NCBI GenBank assembly: GCA_034428255.1
Contig: DAOUIC010000080.1
Location: forward strand, 1 to 48,946
Length of the DNA: 48,946 bases
Source: Anaerolineales bacterium
GTDB lineage: Bacteria; Chloroflexota; Anaerolineae; Caldilineales; Caldilineaceae
Direction: 5' to 3'
The position numbers were made by a program, and so were the translations under genes. Under the pieces are notes generated by a model. The model had not been told where the DNA came from. It worked only from the letters and a program-made list of their open reading frames with translations, and did not search any database. This document shows positions 30,884-40,779 of this stretch, one piece after another. The stretch's first letter is position 1; each line of letters opens with the position of its first letter.

Positions 30884-30957
30884 CCTCCGGCACAGTCGAG
30901 TGTTCGCCCAGTGACCGCGGCCACGCCCATCCCGAACCGGCACGGCAATTCAGTGCC

Positions 30958-31803
30958 ATGACACCGGTCATCATTTCTGCTGCCTTGGTCGGTTCGCAGC
31001 CAACCAAGGAAATGAATCCGGCAGTTCCCTACTCTCCCAAGGAAATTGCGCACAGCGCGATTGAGGCACACGCCGCCGGGGCCGCCATCGTGCATGTCCA
31101 CGTCCGCGAACCCGACACCGGGAAGGCAACGTCCGCTCTTGACCTGTTCCGTGAAACCGTGGAGCGCATCCGGGCGGCCTGCCCGGTGCTTGTGAATCTC
31201 ACCACAAGCGGCTACAACCTGGCGGGGCAGGACACTGCGCACCGCCTGGAAGTGTTGGGGCTGGGCCCGGACATCTGTTCCCTGGATGCAGGGACGTTCA
31301 ATCTGGGTGAGAGACCGTTTCTCAACACTCCGGATTGGGCGCGGGAGGCGGCACGGCGCACGCTGGAAGCCGACATCAAGCCCGAGTTGGAAGTGTTCGA
31401 TGTGGGCCACATCGACCAGGCCAATGTCTTGGTGCGCGAAGGATTGGTGTCCGCACCGCCCTGGTATCAGCTGTGCATGGGCATCAGGTGGGGGATTCCG
31501 GCTACCATCGACAACCTGCTCTTCATGCGTCGCCAACTACCGCCGGACGCGGTTTGGTCGGTTCTGGGCGTGGGGCGGCACCAGTTGGAGATGACCACCG
31601 TGGCACCTCTAATGGGGGGCCACATTCGGGTTGGGTTCGAGGACAACCTTTACTACGCGCGCGGCGTTCTGGCAGAGTCGAATGCCCAACTGGTGGCCAG
31701 GGCGGTGCGCATTCTGCAGTTGCTCAACCTGGAACCAGCGACGGTAGCCGAAGCGACCGCCATCCTCGGCCTGCCGGGCCGCAACCGGCTGCCTTCGGAC
31801 TGA
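30958..31803 (+). CDS. BKACE family enzyme (3-keto-5-aminohexanoate cleavage enzyme-like, DUF849)
   Basis: MTPVIISAALVGSQPTKEMNPAVPYSPKEIAHSAIEAHAAGAAIVHVHVREPDTGK...VLVNLTTSG matches the conserved BKACE N-terminal TIM-barrel pattern. Confidence 0.85.
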   Translation: MTPVIISAALVGSQPTKEMNPAVPYSPKEIAHSAIEAHAAGAAIVHVHVREPDTGKATSALDLFRETVERIRAACPVLVNLTTSGYNLAGQDTAHRLEVLGLGPDICSLDAGTFNLGERPFLNTPDWAREAARRTLEADIKPELEVFDVGHIDQANVLVREGLVSAPPWYQLCMGIRWGIPATIDNLLFMRRQLPPDAVWSVLGVGRHQLEMTTVAPLMGGHIRVGFEDNLYYARGVLAESNAQLVARAVRILQLLNLEPATVAEATAILGLPGRNRLPSD

Positions 31804-31850
31804 CAAGACCCGGCCGCTGCCAAACCCGTCCTCAAGAGGAGGGCTGTTGC

Positions 31851-32993
31851 ATGAACCTGCACGAATACCAGACGAAGTCGTTGCTAGAACGGGAAGGCAT
31901 ACCGGTGCCGCAGGGCGCCGTGGCCATGACACCCGACGGCGCAAGGCAAATCGCCATCGACTTCGGTTCAATGGTGGCAGTCAAGGCTCAGGTGCTGACT
32001 GGCGGCAGGGGCAAGACCGGGGGCATTCGGCTTGCCGGGAACCCGGATGAGGCCGAAGATGCGGCGGCGCACATCCTGGGAATGGACATCAAGGGCCACA
32101 AGGTGCAACGGGTGCTGGTGGAGCAGGCGGCGCACATCAAGGCGGAGTTGTACCTGGCGGCTTTGATTGACCGGCCCAGTCAGCAGATTATGGTGATGGC
32201 CAGTTCGGAAGGCGGCATGGAGATTGAGGAGGTGGCAGCCCACCGTCCCGATAAGATCCGAAGGATTTACGCGGATCCGTTCATGGGTATCCGCAGCTAC
32301 CAGTGCACTCGGTTGGCACGCGAGATTGAGTTGCCGGTGGCTCTCTGGCCCGCATTCCACCGATTGGTCTCCAAGTTGCACGCCGCGTTGATCAAGCACG
32401 ATGCGGACCTCCTGGAGATCAATCCTCTCATCATCAACCACAGTGATCACCTGGTGGCACTCGACGGCAAAATGACCTTGGATGATAATGCCCTGTACCG
32501 CCAACCCCAGTTCGGGTCTGAACTGGGCAGCGAAGACCAGCATCCGACTGAAGTTGAGGCCCTCAACGCGGGCCTGAATTTCGTGTATCTGGGAGGCAAC
32601 GTGGCCTGCCTGGCCAACGGTGCCGGTCTTGCCATGGCAACCATGGATGCGGTCAAGTACTACGGTGGTGATCCTGCCAACTTCCTGGATTTGGGAGGCG
32701 GCTCATCGGTGGAGCAGGTCACACAGGCTGTCCGCATCATGGTCAGGGACCCGGACGTGCGCGCCCTGTTGGTCAACGTCGCCGGTGGGATTACCCGGTG
32801 CGACGAAGTGGCTGAGGGCATGGCTGCGGCGATGGACGAGATCGAGACTCGAATTCCCTTTGTCGTGCGCCTGGTGGGCACCAACGAGGCGGAGGCCCAC
32901 CGCATTCTGGAGCCCTACGACGTCGAGTTTGCCTCCCGCTTTTCGGAAGCGGCCATGCGCGTGGTGGAACTGGCCCGGGAGGGCGCAGCATGA
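31851..32993 (+). CDS. sucC: Succinate--CoA ligase (ADP-forming) subunit beta
   Basis: MNLHEYQTKSLLEREGIPVPQG...VKAQVLTGGRGKTGGI... ATG 31851 lies after AGAGGAGGG. The 172 upstream codons of track ORF 31335..32993 overlap the BKACE gene out of frame and were rejected. Confidence 0.95.
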   Translation: MNLHEYQTKSLLEREGIPVPQGAVAMTPDGARQIAIDFGSMVAVKAQVLTGGRGKTGGIRLAGNPDEAEDAAAHILGMDIKGHKVQRVLVEQAAHIKAELYLAALIDRPSQQIMVMASSEGGMEIEEVAAHRPDKIRRIYADPFMGIRSYQCTRLAREIELPVALWPAFHRLVSKLHAALIKHDADLLEINPLIINHSDHLVALDGKMTLDDNALYRQPQFGSELGSEDQHPTEVEALNAGLNFVYLGGNVACLANGAGLAMATMDAVKYYGGDPANFLDLGGGSSVEQVTQAVRIMVRDPDVRALLVNVAGGITRCDEVAEGMAAAMDEIETRIPFVVRLVGTNEAEAHRILEPYDVEFASRFSEAAMRVVELAREGAA

Positions 32994-33874
32994 GTATTCT
33001 GATTGATGCCGACACCCGCATCCTGGTGCAGGGCTTTACCGGTCGACAGGGCAGCTTCCATGCCGAACGGATGCTGGAATACGGCTCCCGGGTCGTCGGC
33101 GGGGTGACCCCGGGCAAGGGCGGTCGGGAAGTATTGGGCCTGCCCGTGTGGAACTCCGTGGCGGAGGCTGTGGCCGAACAGGCCGTTGACGCCTCGATCA
33201 TATTCGTGCCGGCGCGGTTTGCAGGGGATGCGATCATGGAAGCGGCCGATTCCGGCATCGGGTTGATCTGTTGCATAACCGAACACATTCCCGTACACGA
33301 CATGATTAAGGTGCGGGCCTATGTCAGCATGAAGGGGTCCCGTCTTCTGGGTGCCAATTGCCCCGGGGTGATCTCGCCAGGAAAATCCAAGATGGGAATC
33401 ATGCCCAACCAGCTGTTCAGTCCGGGAACGACAGGCATTGTCAGCCGATCCGGCACACTGACGTACGAAGTGGCCGATGCACTGTCGCAGCTGGGGGTGG
33501 GTCAAAGTTCGGTGGTTGGAATTGGCGGTGATCCAATCCAGGGCACAAACTTCATCGATGTGCTGAAGATGTTTGCCGGGGATCCCGACACGGAGCGGGT
33601 TGTGATGATCGGCGAGATTGGCGGAACCGCCGAGCAGACCGCGGCCGAATATCTCAAGGCCCATCATCCCAATCTGCCGGTCTTCGGGTTCATCGCCGGG
33701 GTGTCGGCACCTCCCGGAAAGCGGATGGGGCATGCCGGTGCCATCGTCTCCGGAGGGGGCGGTACTTCGGCGGCGGAAAAGATCAACATGTTCCGCAGCA
33801 TGGGCCTTCCGGTTGCAGACCATGCCGAACAACTGGCCGAAATCGTCAAGGCTTCGCTGGAGGACCGGGACTGA
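32990..33874 (+). CDS. sucD: Succinate--CoA ligase subunit alpha
   Basis: [35 protein letters not shown]...SRSGTLTYE...[11 protein letters not shown] (phosphohistidine loop). ATGA overlap with sucC. Confidence 0.95.
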   Translation: MSILIDADTRILVQGFTGRQGSFHAERMLEYGSRVVGGVTPGKGGREVLGLPVWNSVAEAVAEQAVDASIIFVPARFAGDAIMEAADSGIGLICCITEHIPVHDMIKVRAYVSMKGSRLLGANCPGVISPGKSKMGIMPNQLFSPGTTGIVSRSGTLTYEVADALSQLGVGQSSVVGIGGDPIQGTNFIDVLKMFAGDPDTERVVMIGEIGGTAEQTAAEYLKAHHPNLPVFGFIAGVSAPPGKRMGHAGAIVSGGGGTSAAEKINMFRSMGLPVADHAEQLAEIVKASLEDRD

Positions 33875-33964
33875 AGAGCCGGCCGGTCCTGCCTACCCAC
33901 AATACATTGCCAACGGTCGGCGCAAGTCCGCCGGCCCCGAATTGCCCCAAGCGCGGAGGAGACT

Positions 33965-35875
33965 ATGACCGAACAGGATTTCACCGCCGACACATCCGAA
34001 GTTCATCATCCGACACCTGCATTGGTGGCCGGACTGGCCCATCCGGACTACTTGGAACAGCGGAGTGCCGCGCTGCGGGACCCCGTGGGTTTCTGGCGCG
34101 ACCGGGCCGTGGAACTCCTGGACTGGTTCGAACCGTTTTCGCAGACCCTGGACGCCTCCGAAGCCCCGTTCTACAAGTGGTTTGCGGACGGCCGGACCAA
34201 CATTTGCCTGAATGCGCTGGATCGCCATGTAGCCGGCGCGCGCCGCGACAAGGTCGCCTTCATCTGGGAGTCCGAACAGGGCGAGACCCAAACCTGGACG
34301 TTCGCCGAACTGGCGGCGGACGTCAACCGGTTCGCCAACGTACTCAAGAGTCTGGGGGTGGCCAAGGGGGATACGGTCACCATCTACATGGGCCGGGTGA
34401 TGGAACTGATCATTGCCATGCTTGCGACCACCAAGCTTGGCGCCGTCCACTCCGTGGTGTACGGCGGGTTCAGTGAACAGGCGTTGGCCAGCCGCATCGA
34501 GGATTGCCAAAGCAAGGTTCTGGTCACCTGCGACGGGGCATGGTTGCGGGGAAAGACCGTGGATCTGAAGGACATCGCCGACGCAGCAATGCAACGATGC
34601 CCAATCGTGCAGTCGGTGGTAGTGTGTCGGCGCACCAGGCAGAACGTTGGCATGGAGACGGGCCGGGACCACTGGTGGCACGACCTGATGGCATCGCCGG
34701 TGGCCTCCGAGGACTGTCCCACCGAAGTGATGGCGGCCGAAGACCCGCTGTTCATTCTTTACACGTCCGGCACGACCGGCCGCCCCAAGGGCGTGCTCCA
34801 CACCCACGGGGGCTACCAGGTCCAGATCGCGACCACCCTCAGCTATGCCTTCGACCTGGGCGACGACGACGTCTGGTGGTGTGCGGCAGACCCCGGCTGG
34901 ATCACCGGTCACAGCTACATCGTGTACGGTCCCCTAATTCTGGGTGCCACCAGCGTTGTCTACGAAGGCGCGCCCGGATACCCCGAACCGGATCGTTGGT
35001 GGGAAATCGTGGACCGGTACAGCGTGTCGATCCTATACACCGCGCCGACCGCCATCCGGGGCCTGATGCGCTTCGGCGACGAGTGGCCCCTTAGACACAG
35101 ACTGGACACGCTCAGGCTGCTGGGCACGGTGGGCGAACCCATCAATCCGGAGGCTTGGCGCTGGTATCACCGCGTCATCGGCAAGGGCAACTGTCCTGTT
35201 ATCGACACTTGGTGGCAGACGGAGACCGGCGGCTTCATGATTACGCCCACGCCGGCCGTGCCACTCAAGCCCGGCAGCGCCACGCTGCCGTTCATCGGGG
35301 TGCTCGCGGATGTCGTCGACGAGGACGGAAATCCTTGTGCCGACAACGAGGAAGGTTCCCTGGTCATCAAGCATCCGTGGCCCGGCATGCTGCGCACGGT
35401 ATGGGGTGATCCGGATCGATATGTGGAGCAATACTGGTCGGAGTTCAGCGAGCAGGGCTGGTACTTTCCGGGTGACAGTGCCCGCCGCGACCCGGATGGC
35501 TACATCTGGGTGATCGGCCGCATGGACGACGTGATCAAAGTGAGCGGTTACCGTTTGGGCACCGCCGAAATTGAAAGCGCACTGGTCAGTCACGAGGTCG
35601 TCGCGGAGGCGGCGGTCATTGGATTGCCGGACGAATTGCGCGGCAACCGAATCAGTGCCCATTGCATTCTCAACGACGGGGTTGAGCCTGCCGACGACTT
35701 GGCAGACCGGCTCAAACGGCATGTCCGCGCGGAAGTGGGACCGATAGCCGTGCCCCAGGAAATCCACTTCACGGCTTCCTTGCCCAAGACCCGCAGCGGC
35801 AAAATCATGCGCCGCCTGCTCAAGGCGCAGGCACTGGGCCAACCGCTGGGGGACACCAGCACACTGGAAGACTAG
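33965..35875 (+). CDS. acs: Acetyl-CoA synthetase (acetate--CoA ligase)
   Basis: FYKWFADGRTNICLNALDRH, AMP-binding motif ILYTSGTTGRPKGVLHTHGGY, WWQTETGG, and C-terminal LPKTRSGKIMRRLLK. GGAGGAG SD before the ATG. Confidence 0.95.
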   Translation: MTEQDFTADTSEVHHPTPALVAGLAHPDYLEQRSAALRDPVGFWRDRAVELLDWFEPFSQTLDASEAPFYKWFADGRTNICLNALDRHVAGARRDKVAFIWESEQGETQTWTFAELAADVNRFANVLKSLGVAKGDTVTIYMGRVMELIIAMLATTKLGAVHSVVYGGFSEQALASRIEDCQSKVLVTCDGAWLRGKTVDLKDIADAAMQRCPIVQSVVVCRRTRQNVGMETGRDHWWHDLMASPVASEDCPTEVMAAEDPLFILYTSGTTGRPKGVLHTHGGYQVQIATTLSYAFDLGDDDVWWCAADPGWITGHSYIVYGPLILGATSVVYEGAPGYPEPDRWWEIVDRYSVSILYTAPTAIRGLMRFGDEWPLRHRLDTLRLLGTVGEPINPEAWRWYHRVIGKGNCPVIDTWWQTETGGFMITPTPAVPLKPGSATLPFIGVLADVVDEDGNPCADNEEGSLVIKHPWPGMLRTVWGDPDRYVEQYWSEFSEQGWYFPGDSARRDPDGYIWVIGRMDDVIKVSGYRLGTAEIESALVSHEVVAEAAVIGLPDELRGNRISAHCILNDGVEPADDLADRLKRHVRAEVGPIAVPQEIHFTASLPKTRSGKIMRRLLKAQALGQPLGDTSTLED

Positions 35876-35907
35876 CCGTTGAACCGATTGGTCCGCGCCG
35901 TCCGGGG

Positions 35908-37068
35908 TCAGGTCGACCACTGGTGGGCCACCACCAGCACAATGTCGTAGACGGCGTGGGCCATGATGGCGGGAGCCAGGCCCAAACGCATTCGGATCAC
36001 ACCGAACAACAAACCCAGCAGGAACACCACAATCAGGCCATCGGCCCCGTATTGCAGGCCGTGCGCCATTGCGAACACCAGATTGGCGAGCACGATTCCC
36101 AGCCTTGGCTGCAGGACGCCCCGCACCAACAGCTCCTCGCTAACCCCGGCACTGAGACCCAACAGGACAGCGCCAATCAGGCTGGTGGGCAGGCTGGCCA
36201 GTTCCTCGAACAGTTCTGCTTCCGTCATGGGCAGACCGGTTTGCGCCACCAGGGAGACAATCCACTGCTCGGCCACCGTGATGAACACGGCCAAGCCGAT
36301 GCCGACCAGAACCCCGATGCTGATGCCGCGCCATTGCACCGATCCCAAACCCAACCGCGCGAGTGCACAGCCCAGGTTGCGCGTGAGCGGAAACCCGATT
36401 GCCAACAGAGCCGTGGGGATGCTCCAAACCAGCGTTGAACACAACGACACAAGGGTGGCCGTTTCCGACGATGCCAGCGACTCCATGTCCGCCTCGAACA
36501 CCGCATACAACAAGGGCCGATTGAACGGTACGAAACTGAGGACGATCCAACCGATCACCTGAACGGTCCAGGCGATGCTGATCGCATGGACGAAATTGTC
36601 GGGTTGGATTGGCAGGACACGGGCCAGGAAGCGGCGCACCGCGGGCACGAAACTGGCCAGGCTGAGGGCCAGAACAGCACAACCGGCGACATATGCGCCG
36701 AGCAGCGGCGGCCTGGAGGGATCAAATGATTGCAACGAGTCCTGTCCGCTCAGGAGGATGAGTCCCATTGCGGCCATTCCCCCCAAGACGAAGGTCGCAC
36801 ATGCCAGCAGGAATCGGGCAGAGCGCCGGACCCGGGCAACCGCGAGTACGGTTCCGCACAAACCCAGACCAAGAATCAACGATCCTCCGAACCAAGGCAG
36901 CCCCAACGAGTTTCCGTTGGCCCCGAGTTGGCTGTCCAACACCGCGAGGGCCGTAGTCGACAGTCCCAATGCCAGGAAGGTCACGGCCCAGACCGGAAAG
37001 ATACCCGGCTGCCAGTGTCTCCAGACGGAGGCCGTGTCCTCCAATCCGGTTGTGCGAACCTCGGTCAT
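35908..37068 (-). CDS. CPBP family (CAAX/Abi-type) intramembrane glutamic endopeptidase
   Basis: Multi-TM protein with a C-terminal CPBP motif set: SEELLVRGVLQPRL (EExxxR), FAMAHG (FxxxH), HAVYD. I preferred ATG 37068 (MTEVRTTGLED). The 112 upstream codons of the track ORF overlap the next gene and are Arg/Pro/Gly-rich. Confidence 0.8.
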   Translation of the reverse strand: MTEVRTTGLEDTASVWRHWQPGIFPVWAVTFLALGLSTTALAVLDSQLGANGNSLGLPWFGGSLILGLGLCGTVLAVARVRRSARFLLACATFVLGGMAAMGLILLSGQDSLQSFDPSRPPLLGAYVAGCAVLALSLASFVPAVRRFLARVLPIQPDNFVHAISIAWTVQVIGWIVLSFVPFNRPLLYAVFEADMESLASSETATLVSLCSTLVWSIPTALLAIGFPLTRNLGCALARLGLGSVQWRGISIGVLVGIGLAVFITVAEQWIVSLVAQTGLPMTEAELFEELASLPTSLIGAVLLGLSAGVSEELLVRGVLQPRLGIVLANLVFAMAHGLQYGADGLIVVFLLGLLFGVIRMRLGLAPAIMAHAVYDIVLVVAHQWST

Positions 37069-37159
37069 GGACCGCACGGCAACCCGTGTCGGGGATCCGT
37101 CCCCTTCAAAGACCGGCGTGGCATCGATACGACCCGCACCTGCGGGCCGGCAACCGGAT

Positions 37160-37735
37160 TCATTGGACCCGCACGCGCCGATACAGGAACCAGTAGTCGG
37201 CTTCGGGGAAGGCGACCCGGACCCGCAGTGGTCCGCAAAATGGCCCCGGCAGGCTGTGGGATTCAATTCGCCGGTCCAGGTCCGCGACTTCGGCCTGGTG
37301 ACCGTACCAGCCGCGGAAGTCGGCCAGTCGCTGAACGCGAGCCCGATGTCCCATCGCGGTGGCAAAGTGCGCCTGGGCGGGTTCGCCTTCCCGGCTCCAC
37401 TCATCCATCGCCCAAGTCAACGACCGGATGCGCGAAGCCAGTTCCCGCTGTGCCAGGGTGTCGGTCTCGGAGGAGAAAATCTCCAGCAGCCTATTGCCTT
37501 CGGCCAGCGGCAGGGAAGAAGCGTGGTGGCCTTCGCCCGGCACCAATCCTTGCCGTTCGAAGCAGCGCCAGATGTCCCGATGTTCGAGATAGTCGGCGAT
37601 CGACATCAGGTGTGCACGGTTGCCCAGGTTGGAGATCGGTACCTGCCTGAAGACATCGCCCTTGAGCAGATAGGCTTCCAGCACTTCGATTTCAGACCGC
37701 AGAATCGCGCCGATCTCGGCGGGATCATCAATCAT
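37160..37735 (-). CDS. Hypothetical cytoplasmic protein
   Basis: 191-aa ORF with balanced composition that fits exactly between dtd and the CPBP gene on the same strand. I recognised no family. Confidence 0.5.
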   Translation of the reverse strand: MIDDPAEIGAILRSEIEVLEAYLLKGDVFRQVPISNLGNRAHLMSIADYLEHRDIWRCFERQGLVPGEGHHASSLPLAEGNRLLEIFSSETDTLAQRELASRIRSLTWAMDEWSREGEPAQAHFATAMGHRARVQRLADFRGWYGHQAEVADLDRRIESHSLPGPFCGPLRVRVAFPEADYWFLYRRVRVQ

Positions 37736-37789
37736 GGGATGCCGGCGGGAAACAATCTTGACAGAAACCGGCGTTTGGCAACGCCACGC

Positions 37790-38251
37790 CTATTCTGGCA
37801 CAGGGCTGAACTCCCTGCGGCTGGATAGCACCATGGTGACCGGACCATCGTTCACGAGGGCCACCTCCATCATGGCTCCAAAGCGTCCCTGGGCCGTTGG
37901 CACCCGTGCCGCCAAACCCGCCACGACGGCATCGTACAGGGCTTCCGCCATGGTCGGGGGCGCGGCCGCCATGAAATTGGGCCGCCTCCCCTTGCGCGTG
38001 TCCCCCAACAGTGTGAACTGGCTGATGGCCAACACGGATCCACCTGCCTCGGCCACACTCAGGTTCATCCGGCCCGCCTCGTCGGCGAAGACTCGCAGTC
38101 CCGCGATCTTGTCAACGAGGTAGGCTGCGTCGGCGTCTGTGTCGCCATGGCCCACGCCCAGCAACACCAGCAGGCCCCGGTCTATTTGACCGACCACTTC
38201 GGCATCCACCGACACGCATGCCTGACTGACGCGTTGTACCACTGCAATCAT
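37790..38251 (-). CDS. dtd: D-aminoacyl-tRNA deacylase
   Basis: [16 protein letters not shown]...[12 protein letters not shown]...[17 protein letters not shown]...NDGPVT, a canonical Dtd pattern at about 150 aa. Confidence 0.92.
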   Translation of the reverse strand: MIAVVQRVSQACVSVDAEVVGQIDRGLLVLLGVGHGDTDADAAYLVDKIAGLRVFADEAGRMNLSVAEAGGSVLAISQFTLLGDTRKGRRPNFMAAAPPTMAEALYDAVVAGLAARVPTAQGRFGAMMEVALVNDGPVTMVLSSRREFSPVPE

Positions 38252-38333
38252 GTGTCTTCTTCCCTTCGGAAACGACGGGCCGTGCCACCCGATTTGAGGC
38301 CGCGGCGAACCGGTGATGTTGAGTGTGCCGCCC

Positions 38334-40571
38334 TCATTGGAACGTCTCGCGCTTCAGTCTTAAGAGTTGCACGATGACATCGCCCGCCTGCTCGTCCAAG
38401 AGCAGAATCATGCGACCTCGTTCGAACTCCTGCAGAGTTCCGACGATGACACGCGACGGTCCCAACGCCGGGCCCAGTCGATCGCGCAAACTGATGATCC
38501 GGTTGCCCGTCCGTTCGTACATAAGATCCAGGAACGGTTCGAAGAATCGATCCGTATCCGGTTCGACTTGCCCGTCGGACTGTTCGCTGCCACTGTCGGG
38601 CGGCAGCATTTGCCGGGGGGACACAAAAACATAGTCCCATGCGGAGTAGTTGAAGAAGGGGATGGACGCCCCTTTCACATCCGGTCTTCGGTCCGCATCT
38701 TCGTCCTGCACGGTGGCAACGTACACGCGGTTGGTGTTGACGGCATAAAGGAGCACGCCCCACGTGAATTCCTGAATGTTGACTTTCGGCAACGACTTGG
38801 GGACCTGAGACGGGCACCCGAACTCCAGATGAGCCTCGAACTCATCAAACAGTTCCCGGAAGGCCTCATGCAATTGGAAGTTGGTGCAGGCGTCCCGCCA
38901 CGACTGCGGGGTCGGGGTGGGGGTCACCGTGGCAGTCGGTGTGGCGGTATGGGTTGGCGTAGCCGTGGGGACCGGTGTGGCGGTGGCGGTCGGTGCAGGC
39001 ACGGGGGATACCACGCTCACCGGCTCCAACAGATCCGTATCTCGGGTCTGGACAACCGAACCGGACACCCAGCCTCTGGCTCCTGCCTGTCCCGTCAGCT
39101 GGCTCAGATCCACTTCCCACCAGGACTTGGTCGCATCGTGGCCTGTCAACCTCAGGACCGTGTCGAACCGCTGCTTGGACACCACCGGATATTCGATGCC
39201 GGGGCCGGAGCGGACATTGATCCCTTCTTGGGCCTGGACCACCGCCATCGCCTCGGCGGTGCCGGTTGGGGTGGTCCGCGGCAGGATTGGCACGGCCGGA
39301 GGTTTCGGAAGATCCGACGTCGCGGACTGGTTCCTGGTGGCACCGTCCCCGTTGGTTCCACCGGTACCCGCCTGCACGTTGGGGGGTGCCGTTTCGGCCG
39401 GGGTGGTGCCTGTGGAGTTTGTGCGCCCGCGATCCAGCGGAACGGCCGTGACCACCAGGACGATGACGGCAAGCGCGAGTACCAGCCCCAGTGCCGGGCT
39501 CCAAGGCGATGTCAGCGGCCCTGAGGTTCGCGACCAAACTTTCCGCAGAAGGGATTGGGCGCTTGGTTCCACCTTGAGCTGGGGCGATGTGGCAAGGTGA
39601 GGCATGGTCTGGGTCTCGGCATCGTCCCGGTCCCCTGCCAGATCAAACGGGCCGATGTCGGTGCTCGCGCCGATCTCGGTCAGCTGGTCCGCCATCTCGG
39701 CTGCGGTCTGAATGCGATGCCGCGGATCCTTGGCAAGGCATTTGGTCAACAGTTCGAGAAGTTGTCCTGGCAGCGTGACCTGCTGCAGATCCACATTTTC
39801 GGGATCGAACTCAACATTGACCTGGCTGTACAGCACTTCGGATGTGGAGCCGCCGAAGAGCGTTTTGCCAACCACGCACCGATACAGGACGGAAGCCAAG
39901 GCGTAAACATCCGCCCTGCGGTCCACCGGCACGGCACCGGAGCACTGTTCGGGCGACATGTAGGACGGGGAACCCACGGTGCGGCCGGTAGCTGTCAGTT
40001 CCGGCGTATCAACGGCCGAGGCGATCCCGAAATCCGTCAGCAACGGCACGAACGGGTAGTCGAGCGAAGCAATCTGGATGTGGTGCTCGTCGTACAGTGT
40101 GGACGGCCGCATCAGAATGTTGCTGGGTTTCACATCCCTATGCACCAGTTGTTCCCGATGGGCGTAGTCCAAGGCCCGTGCAATCGGCGCCAGGAGGACG
40201 CAAACCTCCGCAAAATTGAGTTGGCCGACCCGACGAACCATTGATTCCAGCGTTTCCCCGTAGACCAATTCCATCGCCAGGTAGCCGGCGTTGAATTCCG
40301 TAAACTCGCCTACCTGATAGGTTTGGACGATGTTGGGATGGGACAGTCGGCTGGCAATCTGGATTTCCTGCCGAAAACGCTGATGCGCAGTCTCGTCGGA
40401 ACTGGGCAGCATGACTTTCAACGCGACGCTGCGCGCGTTGACCGCGTCATAGGCTTGGTAGACTGTCGAGGCACCACCGCTCCCGATCTGGCGGGAGATG
40501 TGGAAGCGTCCGATGCGCTGGCCTACGAAAGACTGCACGGGACCCCTTGACTTCCAGGCGTACAAGAGCAA
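38334..40571 (-). CDS. Transmembrane Ser/Thr protein kinase with an extracellular SH3b-like domain and an uncharacterised C-terminal domain
   Basis: Hanks kinase motifs [39 protein letters not shown]. One TM helix ([18 protein letters not shown]) and an SH3b-like segment [15 protein letters not shown]...GWVSGSVV. A Thr/Pro linker is followed by about 190 unassigned residues. The start is uncertain (TTG 40571, or GTG 40538 just before FVGQRIGRF). Confidence 0.9.
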   Translation of the reverse strand: MLLYAWKSRGPVQSFVGQRIGRFHISRQIGSGGASTVYQAYDAVNARSVALKVMLPSSDETAHQRFRQEIQIASRLSHPNIVQTYQVGEFTEFNAGYLAMELVYGETLESMVRRVGQLNFAEVCVLLAPIARALDYAHREQLVHRDVKPSNILMRPSTLYDEHHIQIASLDYPFVPLLTDFGIASAVDTPELTATGRTVGSPSYMSPEQCSGAVPVDRRADVYALASVLYRCVVGKTLFGGSTSEVLYSQVNVEFDPENVDLQQVTLPGQLLELLTKCLAKDPRHRIQTAAEMADQLTEIGASTDIGPFDLAGDRDDAETQTMPHLATSPQLKVEPSAQSLLRKVWSRTSGPLTSPWSPALGLVLALAVIVLVVTAVPLDRGRTNSTGTTPAETAPPNVQAGTGGTNGDGATRNQSATSDLPKPPAVPILPRTTPTGTAEAMAVVQAQEGINVRSGPGIEYPVVSKQRFDTVLRLTGHDATKSWWEVDLSQLTGQAGARGWVSGSVVQTRDTDLLEPVSVVSPVPAPTATATPVPTATPTHTATPTATVTPTPTPQSWRDACTNFQLHEAFRELFDEFEAHLEFGCPSQVPKSLPKVNIQEFTWGVLLYAVNTNRVYVATVQDEDADRRPDVKGASIPFFNYSAWDYVFVSPRQMLPPDSGSEQSDGQVEPDTDRFFEPFLDLMYERTGNRIISLRDRLGPALGPSRVIVGTLQEFERGRMILLLDEQAGDVIVQLLRLKRETFQ
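38907..39008 (-). repeat. Low-complexity Thr/Pro/Ala linker-coding repeat inside the kinase gene
   Basis: Encodes [34 protein letters not shown]. On the plus strand it appears as imperfect GGTG/GGCG-rich tandem units. Confidence 0.6.
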
Positions 40572-40779
40572 CCGCGTGGCATTGTCGGGCGAACCTCGAG
40601 CGGCTCGCCGACATGGCTACCAAGCCCCCTGTTGACCGCCAACAACAATCCGTACACAATAAGGGTTGGTCAGGAGGCAAGACCGGTCAAGCGTCCGGCA
40701 GTCTAGCATATGGCGGGCGGCCTGGACAGCGCGGTTGTGACAGTGCGCCAAACCGGCACTTGCCCAGTGGGAGGGACGG

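Noticed and set aside
29075-30943. 622-aa minus-strand ORF covering all of glnS
   Set aside because: It is antisense to a clear GlnRS, is low-complexity and Arg/Gly/Pro/Val-rich, and has no motifs. The same reasoning rejects 26771..27982 (antisense to gltX), 8645..10000 (cinA), 10455..11582 (LCP1), 3193..4407 (miaB), 33893..34912 and 35033..35920 (acs), and 36575..37828.
31335-31850. 172-codon upstream extension of the sucC ORF
   Set aside because: It overlaps the BKACE gene out of frame. SucC homology begins at MNLHEYQ (ATG 31851), which has a strong SD.
37069-37404. 112-codon upstream extension of the CPBP protease ORF
   Set aside because: It is Arg/Pro/Gly/Ser-rich and overlaps the 37160..37735 gene. 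The first TM-containing, protein-like sequence follows ATG 37068.
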